Source: a virus | Length of the DNA: 64,000 nt | Virus record (IMG/VR): IMGVR_UViG_3300006752_000025 | Span: 4,955 to 68,954 of that record | Direction: 5' to 3' (one strand) | Shown here: positions 56,695 through 64,000 of the stretch, one piece after another | Layout: each line of letters opens with the position of its first letter | Numbering within the stretch: position 1 is the stretch's first letter | The notes under the pieces: generated by a model | Seen by the model: only the letters and a program-made list of their open reading frames with translations | Told to the model about the DNA's origin: nothing | Database searches by the model: none | Position numbers and translations under genes: made by a program

Positions 56695-57983
56695 AGTGCC
56701 CAACATCAGGCAGTGAAGGCTTTTGCGTATACCCTTTTATAAGTGTGTACAGACAGCCTAACGGTAAAGTAGCACCTTGTTGTGTAGCACAGTTCAGCGA
56801 AGAAAAAATTGACAGTCCGCATCTCAACGACTACATCAACTCAGATTACTTGAAGCAGTACCGCAACGAAATGTTACAAGACAAATTGCCAGAAGGTTGC
56901 CGTGTGTGCAAAGGACAAGAAGAAAGCACACAAAACAGTCCACGCATAAACATGAACCGCGAGTATGCTGAATACATAGATGAGATGCGTGATATGACTG
57001 ATGCCAGTGATGGCACAATAGATGCAGAACGTTTCCGCATGAGATACTTTGATATGCGTACTTCAAATATATGTAACTTCAAATGCAGAAGTTGTAACCA
57101 AGAGTACAGTTCACAGTGGCAAGCAGAGAATGATCGCACTGGATACGATAGCAGTAAAGGATTACGTATTGTTGACTTGACACCAAACATGCCTACCACA
57201 GTCATAGACGAAGTAGCAGAAAAGTGTGAGGACATACAAACTGCATATTTTGCAGGTGGCGAACCTCTGATAATGGACGATCATTACAAACTGTTATACG
57301 CATTAGCAGAACGTAATCCTGATGTGAGACTGAGATACAATACCAATTTAAGTAATTTGAATTACAAGAATCATGATTTGCTAGACTTATGGAGTAAGTT
57401 TAACAACAAAGTAGAAGTGGTAGCAAGTATAGATCATTATGGACCACGTGCAGAATATATACGTGCAGGTACGAAATGGGATAAGCAATTAGAGAACTTG
57501 CACACAGTAGCAAAGTTTGACAATGTAGACTTAACGTTAAGTGCAGTGGTCACAGTGTTTAACTTTTTAACATTAGATCAATTGATACGTTATCTCTATC
57601 AAGAAGAATTAATAGTGCCGGGAGGCATAGTAGATGAGGGCTTAGGAGAAGCAGGTATTAAGATAGACAGCATACTGGGCGTGTACCCTGCACAAGATCC
57701 AGCATGGCTTAGTGCTAAAGCATTACCACCTGACCTCAAGGCAGAAGGCATACAACGTGTGGAGTATGTGATCAAGCAATTAGAAGAATGGGGTTTCAAT
57801 GGGGACCACGACACTGGATCACAAGGCACACAACTACAACACATACTGAACTTTGTGAAAAGCGAAGACACATGGGAGCAACAGAAGTTAAACTTCTGGG
57901 AAGACAACCATAGACTAGACGAAGTACGTGGTGAAAACTTTGTACAAACGTTTCCGGAATTGGAAAGGATGATGAGAGGCTAA
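56691..57983 (+). CDS. N-terminal twitch-domain radical SAM protein 3
   Basis: FCVYPF...PCC...CRVC; CNFKCRSC; FAGGEPL; YNTN. Confidence 0.88.
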   Translation: MKCPTSGSEGFCVYPFISVYRQPNGKVAPCCVAQFSEEKIDSPHLNDYINSDYLKQYRNEMLQDKLPEGCRVCKGQEESTQNSPRINMNREYAEYIDEMRDMTDASDGTIDAERFRMRYFDMRTSNICNFKCRSCNQEYSSQWQAENDRTGYDSSKGLRIVDLTPNMPTTVIDEVAEKCEDIQTAYFAGGEPLIMDDHYKLLYALAERNPDVRLRYNTNLSNLNYKNHDLLDLWSKFNNKVEVVASIDHYGPRAEYIRAGTKWDKQLENLHTVAKFDNVDLTLSAVVTVFNFLTLDQLIRYLYQEELIVPGGIVDEGLGEAGIKIDSILGVYPAQDPAWLSAKALPPDLKAEGIQRVEYVIKQLEEWGFNGDHDTGSQGTQLQHILNFVKSEDTWEQQKLNFWEDNHRLDEVRGENFVQTFPELERMMRG

Positions 57984-59230
57984 TGAGCGAATACATACAC
58001 ATTAAAGACCTAGACAAAGATCATTTGCTTACAGAAAGCAAAGTGTTCTGTATGTTTCCGTGGGTACACTTGAATGCAACACCCAAAGGCGATATATACC
58101 CATGCTGTAGCAATGACTACAGTAACCCTATAGGAAATACAGCGGATATGACGCTCACAGAAGCGTTTAACAGCGACTTTATGAAGGAGTTGAGGTTGAA
58201 CATGCTGGATGGTGAACCCAGCAAAATATGCGACTTCTGTTACAATCATGAGAAAGCATCGCCTCACAGTTTTAGAACATACAGCATAGACAACTTTCAG
58301 CAACACTTTGATGACGTTATCAGTACTACACAAACAGATGGTACTGTGGATGAATTCAAAATGCGTTACTTTGATATACGTTTTAGTAATATATGTAACT
58401 TCAAATGCAGAAGTTGTGGCACAGAATTCAGTAGTCAATGGGCATTAGAGGACAAGAAAACATTTAATCCAGATGGTCCTGTGATAATACACGTGGATCA
58501 AGACAGAGGAGATGTGCTGAAAGAGATCATTGATCAGGTAGATCACATTGAATTAGCATACTTTGCAGGTGGAGAACCGTTGATTACTCCGGAACATTAT
58601 GTTATACTAGAGGAACTAATACGCCGAGGTAAAACAGACACAGTGTTACGTTACAACACAAACGCCAGCACAGTGAATTACAAGCAGTATGACATATTCG
58701 AACTGTGGAGCCACTTCGACAAGATAGAGCTCAGTTGCAGTATAGATCATTACGGTGAACGTGCAGAAGTCATGAGACACGGTACTGATTGGGGTAGAGT
58801 AGAGAATAACCTTAAAACATTTAGGAGTAAACCTAATTTAGATTTTCAATTAAACACAGTTTTCTCAATATATAATTACATGACATTAACTGAATTTTAT
58901 GAATATATGATTAATGCAGGATTAATAGACAAAAAGAATGACTGGTATCACAGTTTGTATTTGTTGGTTAATCCAGGATATTTGAGTGCTAGAGCATTAC
59001 CAAAAAGCATGAAAGCCATAGCAAAGAATCGTGTTAAGTCACTATATACTGGGCAAACATGCTTGGATAGGATAACTAATAGTGCGGCCGATTTTGCAGA
59101 TGTAGAGCACACTTGGAGCGATGTTAAGAAGCAATTCTTTCATAACACCAACAGACTAGACAGTATTCGTAACGAAGACTTTTTCTCAGCATTTCCAGAA
59201 CTCAAACCGCTACAGGATTTAGAACAATGA
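57983..59230 (+). CDS. N-terminal twitch-domain radical SAM protein 4
   Basis: FCMFPW...PCC...CDFCY; CNFKCRSC; FAGGEPL; YNTN. Confidence 0.88.
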   Translation: MSEYIHIKDLDKDHLLTESKVFCMFPWVHLNATPKGDIYPCCSNDYSNPIGNTADMTLTEAFNSDFMKELRLNMLDGEPSKICDFCYNHEKASPHSFRTYSIDNFQQHFDDVISTTQTDGTVDEFKMRYFDIRFSNICNFKCRSCGTEFSSQWALEDKKTFNPDGPVIIHVDQDRGDVLKEIIDQVDHIELAYFAGGEPLITPEHYVILEELIRRGKTDTVLRYNTNASTVNYKQYDIFELWSHFDKIELSCSIDHYGERAEVMRHGTDWGRVENNLKTFRSKPNLDFQLNTVFSIYNYMTLTEFYEYMINAGLIDKKNDWYHSLYLLVNPGYLSARALPKSMKAIAKNRVKSLYTGQTCLDRITNSAADFADVEHTWSDVKKQFFHNTNRLDSIRNEDFFSAFPELKPLQDLEQ

Positions 59231-60516
59231 AGACAGCAAAACAACTAGTAAAAGACAGCAAACATTTCTGCATATTACCGTGGATACACTTCCATGCATG
59301 GCCCGACAGGAAAGTCATGCCTTGTTGTATTGCAGACAGCGACATGCCAGTAAGCGAAGTGAGAAGTGATCAAAGCATACTGGAAATGATGAACTCAGAA
59401 GACTACAAGGACATGCGATTAAAGATGTTGGCAGATGAACCTGTAGAAGCATGTAATCGCTGTTATGAATTAGAGAACGACGGCACATGGACACTGCGAC
59501 AAAGTCAAAATGCAGTGCGTGGCATGGAAAGTGAGGACCTCATAGAGTGTACTAACCTAGATGGCAGTATAGATGAGTTCCAAATGAAGTACATGGACAT
59601 ACGTTTTTCAAACCTGTGTAACTATAAATGTCGCAGTTGCGGACCAGAATGTTCAAACTTACACGGTGAGGAAGAGATCAAACTGGTAGGTCTAGACGAA
59701 TTTGAACGCAGATTCAACAGAACAGAGACACTGGTTAACTGTAATGACGATGGTGTGCTGATGGATCAACTGCAAGATTACTTGGGAGACGTACAAGAGT
59801 GCTACTTTGCTGGGGGAGAGATACTGGTTACCAAAGAACATTATCAGTGTTTGAAGTACTGGATTGACAACGACATGGCAAAGGATGTTAAACTAAACTA
59901 CACAACCAACATGAGTGTGGTAACATATAAGGATAAAAACAACAAGGATCAGAGTTTATTCGATTTATGGAAACATTTCCCTCATATTGAAATGTGGGCC
60001 AGTATAGATGCCATTGAAGAACAAGGTGAAATAATCAGAAAAGGCTTCAAGTGGGCCAAAGTCAAACAGAATTTATTGGATATTCGTGAACATGCATCAC
60101 ATATTAAATTGGGAATTACCCCAACTATCAGTATATGGAACGTGTTTGTGTACAGCAAGATGTTTGATTGGATGTATGATAACGGCTTTATCAGCACACA
60201 CAATCCACCCAGAGTAAACGTACTCACATACCCAGACAATGCCAGTATTAAAATACTGCCTGAGAACATGCGTGTGAGACTGATCAGAGAATTCAAACAT
60301 TACATTGCCAAGTTTTCCGAGAATGATGATGACGTACACATCAAGAACGGTTGGAAAGTGTTAATACAAACCCTGTGGGAAGGCAGAGATGATCGAGGCA
60401 GATTGCTGGACTTCTTTGACATCACAGATGAAAAGGACCGTGTACGTGACGAAGAACTGGTCACAGTAGTGCCAGAATTATTAGAGGTAAGAGAATGGGC
60501 GAACAGGAAAGAATAG
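59227..60516 (+). CDS. N-terminal twitch-domain radical SAM protein 5
   Basis: FCILPW...PCC...CNRCY; CNYKCRSC; FAGGEIL; YTTN. Confidence 0.88.
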   Translation: MKTAKQLVKDSKHFCILPWIHFHAWPDRKVMPCCIADSDMPVSEVRSDQSILEMMNSEDYKDMRLKMLADEPVEACNRCYELENDGTWTLRQSQNAVRGMESEDLIECTNLDGSIDEFQMKYMDIRFSNLCNYKCRSCGPECSNLHGEEEIKLVGLDEFERRFNRTETLVNCNDDGVLMDQLQDYLGDVQECYFAGGEILVTKEHYQCLKYWIDNDMAKDVKLNYTTNMSVVTYKDKNNKDQSLFDLWKHFPHIEMWASIDAIEEQGEIIRKGFKWAKVKQNLLDIREHASHIKLGITPTISIWNVFVYSKMFDWMYDNGFISTHNPPRVNVLTYPDNASIKILPENMRVRLIREFKHYIAKFSENDDDVHIKNGWKVLIQTLWEGRDDRGRLLDFFDITDEKDRVRDEELVTVVPELLEVREWANRKE

Positions 60517-61499
60517 TAGCAATATCCGCACCGGAGAAGTATCTAGCAGTAACATGGCAGGTCAACAACTTCTGTAACTACAGTTGCAGTTATTGTAACC
60601 CTGGCAACTGGATTGGTGATGCACGTAATGAAACCAACCTAGAACTGTACATAGAGAACCTCAACACACTGATAGATCGCTACACAGCAGAAGGGTACAA
60701 GCATTTCAAGTTTTTCTTTAGCGGTGGAGAACCCACAGCATGGAAACACTTCTTGCCCATATGCGAACACTTGAAGTGGAAACTGCCGGATTGCACCATA
60801 GCAATCAATACCAATTTAAGCAGACCCGTTAAATGGTGGGAGAAGCATTATGAGTTATTCGATGATGTGGTAGCCAGTTTCCATGTGGAATTTGCCAAAA
60901 AAGAACAATACGAAGAAACCAGTATATTCTTGTGCGACAAAATGAATTATCTCAGTAGCAAAATGTTGCTACACGATGAGCGTTTCTGGGAAGTGGTAGA
61001 GTTTGGCGAACATCTCAAAACTGTTATGCCCAATTACTTTATTGAATGGACACCACTGTATGATGAAATGACTGTTAATGCAGGCCCGTGGAAGTATGAT
61101 GATGCTGAAAAAGAAAAGTTTATTTCAGAACACAGCACAGACACATACTACAGCAAAGACAAACCCTGGAAAGATTCAGGTGTGGTCAGTTATATCAATT
61201 GGGAAAGCGGACTACAAGAACCCTGTAACAGCAACGATGTTATCATACGCAGACAGAACTTCTTTGAAGGATGGGACTGTGATGTAGGTGATTGTGTGTT
61301 TATTAACCCTATAGGCGATATCACACTGGCCAGTTGCGGTGTATCAGGCAAGGTAGGACACATACTCAAAGACATAGACCGCGTAGGACCGCACACAGTT
61401 AGTTGTAACAAGCATCACTGCCATTGTGGTACAGATATCATTATCCCCAAACGCATAACACCCAAAGCAGAGGAGATTATTGCAGTTGGCACTGATTAA
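60495..61499 (+). CDS. Radical SAM protein with C-terminal SPASM/twitch-like Cys cluster
   Basis: CNYSCSYC, SGGEPT, NTNLS; C-terminal WDCDVG..INPIGDITLASC...CNKHHCHCGTD. Confidence 0.85.
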   Translation: MGEQERIVAISAPEKYLAVTWQVNNFCNYSCSYCNPGNWIGDARNETNLELYIENLNTLIDRYTAEGYKHFKFFFSGGEPTAWKHFLPICEHLKWKLPDCTIAINTNLSRPVKWWEKHYELFDDVVASFHVEFAKKEQYEETSIFLCDKMNYLSSKMLLHDERFWEVVEFGEHLKTVMPNYFIEWTPLYDEMTVNAGPWKYDDAEKEKFISEHSTDTYYSKDKPWKDSGVVSYINWESGLQEPCNSNDVIIRRQNFFEGWDCDVGDCVFINPIGDITLASCGVSGKVGHILKDIDRVGPHTVSCNKHHCHCGTDIIIPKRITPKAEEIIAVGTD

Positions 61500-62745
61500 T
61501 AAACAGAGTGTGTACTATGTGGATTACGATCATGATAATCGTGTGCATCTACACAACTGGGGCGAAACAGCCATATCCAACATGCGTGACTGGACTAATG
61601 AGGACAGTTACCTCATAGAATTCAAACGTGGCGATGTGTTTGAGGAGTTTGATCTCACAGAAATCATACCCGAAGATACCCTAGCAGACATACGTGATCA
61701 CAACAGCAACACATATCTCATAATGGCCAATAGCCATGAGGGCTTTACCTCCGCAGTAGCACACATATATGTGTACGTGTGTCAACGCCAAAAGATACCC
61801 ATAGAGAAGACCATACTGATATCAGGTGGCTACGATGTGGCCCGACATGTGCAGGAATATGCAGAACAGTATGATTTGCCTGTGATGAAAGCAGAATGGA
61901 TAGTGAGCTTTGAGGGCAGTTATCACAACAGAGCACAATACTTTTTAGGCTGGAATGCCAACGAACAGTATATCAGTCACGGTATAGGACATGCACTACA
62001 AGAGGGCGATGAGGGTTACTTGATAGGTAAACCATGGCCCATAACCAATCACAAACCTCCATATGAGAAAGCATTTGTGAACTTCAACAGACGTTGGCGT
62101 CCACATAGACCCTGTTTAGTGGGACTGATGAGTGCCAGAGGAATGTTAGACAAAGGCTTTGTGAGCTTGGGTGTAGGCGATGATCCACGTTGTTGGCAAT
62201 CAGAAATGAGTCACTTGGCAGGGTTTTTAGAAGCATATCCACCTGCTCACAACTCATTCACAGCCCATGAGCAACAGTTATTACAGTTACCAGACTTGTA
62301 TTTGGACACACAAGACCTAGTGACCAACCGTGCAGAGTTTGAATTAGACACTGTGTACTACTATGAAAACAGTTTGTTCTCACTGGTAAACGAAACAAAT
62401 TACTTCTGTGGCAATGACAGTTATGAGGACATGGTGTTCTTGTCTGAGAAGTTCTTTAAGCCCGTCATGATGCGGCACCCGTTTTTGATAGTCAGTACGC
62501 CGGGTATATACAGTGCTATACATGCATTGGGTTATAAAACATTCCCAGAGTTCATACCCGAACACTTTGATCACACACAAAACGATGCAGAACGCATGTG
62601 GCAGATACTGGACATAGTAGAGGATGTGTGCAGTTGGAGCGATGCTAAACAAAGAGAGTTTGTGGAATATGCCAAACCCATATGCGAACACAACTGGCAA
62701 ACACTGTGGTTCAAAACACAGTTTACCCACAGGATGAATTATTAA
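61480..62745 (+). CDS. Putative glycosyltransferase-like protein (GT10-like SEK motif), paralogue of 48659..50038
   Basis: FVNFNRRWRPHR...FSLVNET...FLSEKFFKPVMMRHPFLIV..ALGYKTF; TTG start after GAGGAG. Confidence 0.5.
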   Translation: MQLALINKQSVYYVDYDHDNRVHLHNWGETAISNMRDWTNEDSYLIEFKRGDVFEEFDLTEIIPEDTLADIRDHNSNTYLIMANSHEGFTSAVAHIYVYVCQRQKIPIEKTILISGGYDVARHVQEYAEQYDLPVMKAEWIVSFEGSYHNRAQYFLGWNANEQYISHGIGHALQEGDEGYLIGKPWPITNHKPPYEKAFVNFNRRWRPHRPCLVGLMSARGMLDKGFVSLGVGDDPRCWQSEMSHLAGFLEAYPPAHNSFTAHEQQLLQLPDLYLDTQDLVTNRAEFELDTVYYYENSLFSLVNETNYFCGNDSYEDMVFLSEKFFKPVMMRHPFLIVSTPGIYSAIHALGYKTFPEFIPEHFDHTQNDAERMWQILDIVEDVCSWSDAKQREFVEYAKPICEHNWQTLWFKTQFTHRMNY

Positions 62746-63611
62746 TGAAATACACACCACACAACATATCACAGTTAGATTTAACCAAATACGAAAGGAT
62801 ATTCACATTCGGATGCAGTTTTACACGTTACTATTGGGCAACGTGGGCAGACTTAATTGCAAGTGAAATACCTCATGTGGAACACATCAATTATGGCCGC
62901 TGTGGTGCAGGACAACAGTTTATACAAGCAATGATAAGTCAAGCACTCATAAAGCACAAGCCTACTAGTAAAGACTTACTGGCAGTTATGTATACCACAC
63001 ACTACAGAGAAGATCGTCACATGGGCACCAACGAACATACCCTAGAACCAGAGTGGAAAACACCTGGTAATATATATTCACAGGGCGATTATCCCATGGA
63101 GTTTGTGGAACAGTTTTGTGTGCCCAGAGGAATGACCATCAGAGATTGTGCTATAATGCACAGTTGCGATGCTATGCTGGACAGTGAACAGTTCGATAGT
63201 GTACAGTTTCAAGGGGTAGGTGTACCCAAACAAGAGTGGTATGGGCATGGAGGCGATTGTCATGATACCACTGTTAATGCAGACATAAACACATACTATG
63301 AGGATTTGTTAAACAATCAACTGATGCCAGACTTACTTAACACACAAATGGGTGGAGAGTGGCCAGTATACTACACATACAACGGCGGACCCGATTGTGG
63401 TTATGAGAACGATATGGTACCCGACTATCACCCACATAGTATCAGTTACAGAGAGTATTTGTTAAAGTGTGGGTTACCCATGGGTGAGCGAAGCGAACGC
63501 CTCGCCAACCAGAGTCATGCACTGATGCAGGGTATAACACACAGAGATCAACTTAATGGGGAAGACTGGCCCTGGAACGATATAGGCTACAGTTTCGGAG
63601 GGCACTTATAA
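62745..63611 (+). CDS. SGNH/GDSL-hydrolase-like protein (putative sugar acyltransferase/esterase)
   Basis: Block I FTFGCSFT, block II NYGRCGAG, C-terminal DYHP; start moved to ATG 62745 (TAATG). Confidence 0.6.
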   Translation: MKYTPHNISQLDLTKYERIFTFGCSFTRYYWATWADLIASEIPHVEHINYGRCGAGQQFIQAMISQALIKHKPTSKDLLAVMYTTHYREDRHMGTNEHTLEPEWKTPGNIYSQGDYPMEFVEQFCVPRGMTIRDCAIMHSCDAMLDSEQFDSVQFQGVGVPKQEWYGHGGDCHDTTVNADINTYYEDLLNNQLMPDLLNTQMGGEWPVYYTYNGGPDCGYENDMVPDYHPHSISYREYLLKCGLPMGERSERLANQSHALMQGITHRDQLNGEDWPWNDIGYSFGGHL

Positions 63612-64000
63612 TGCACCCAGCAGAATGTGTAAGGCTGTGGGACAGCATAAGCCATTTACTCAGCACACAGGGCACAGTGTTGGTGTTAGGGGATAGTACC
63701 CGTGCTACCAGTATAGGTGCCGAAGGCACCGCCCGCAATATACGTGTGTTACATGCAAACAGCACAGAAGACTCAGTGGAACACTTTGATGATCACCGTC
63801 ATTGGTACACTGTGGACGTGTGTATCATAAGCGATATTCGCGACCCCAGCATAGATAAAATACCTCCACATGCCACTGTGGTAGACACAGCATGTCAACC
63901 ATGGGAAACATTTGGACACGACATCAATGATTATCACTGGTGGGACGGACACACATTAAGCAGTTTGTGGCACATGCACAACAATCCCCCTGTGAACAGT
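63611..64000 (+). CDS. Hypothetical protein, 3'-truncated (not in track)
   Basis: TAATG-coupled; 130 open codons to the window end (MHPAECVRLWDSISHLLSTQGTVLVLGDS...). Confidence 0.65.
   Translation, partial: MHPAECVRLWDSISHLLSTQGTVLVLGDSTRATSIGAEGTARNIRVLHANSTEDSVEHFDDHRHWYTVDVCIISDIRDPSIDKIPPHATVVDTACQPWETFGHDINDYHWWDGHTLSSLWHMHNNPPVNS

Noticed and set aside
60495-61499. Viperin- or QueE-like assignment for radical SAM 6
   Set aside because: Only the generic CxxxCxxC and GGEP motifs match; it has a C-terminal multi-Cys cluster and no queC/queD/folE neighbours.
1-64000. Alternative genetic code (TAG/TGA recoding seen in some jumbo phages)
   Set aside because: Very long ORFs are intact in code 11, and TAG (2460, 44293) and TGA (36295, 55504) end genes at sensible coupled boundaries.
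45389-64000. Cellular LPS/capsule locus or eukaryotic giant-virus origin
   Set aside because: No flippase, polymerase or ABC exporter is present; the genes sit behind the same phage late-type promoters, share the GCWGC avoidance and are contiguous with a myovirus baseplate module with bacterial SD sites.

Overview
AT-rich, almost entirely plus-strand, gene-dense segment of a large (probably jumbo) T4-superfamily-like myovirus genome, read in standard genetic code 11 with Shine-Dalgarno sites. About 1-45.3 kb is a tail/baseplate module: a 5'-truncated gp5-like hub with a lysozyme-like C-terminus, gp25-like and gp6-like wedge proteins, a giant baseplate/structural protein apparently split into 5027-aa and 3385-aa genes (the first ends in a Hint autoprocessing domain), two paralogous fibres with different C-terminal intramolecular chaperones (S74-like and G2-like) and a Cys-pair repeat adhesin. 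About 45.4-64 kb is a largely translationally coupled enzyme cluster behind late-type promoters: five glycosyltransferase-like genes, a nucleotide-sugar dehydrogenase, a degenerate NeuB, an SGNH-like protein and six tandem radical SAM enzymes. It is a candidate phage-encoded virion glycosylation/radical-tailoring system. Non-coding signals include a recurrent (G/T)ATAAATA late promoter (several placed for leaderless translation), a candidate upstream TAAM-N4-GTTW element, and apparent avoidance of GCWGC. No tRNA, rRNA, CRISPR array or transposase was recognised. All family assignments are motif recognition by eye, not database results.
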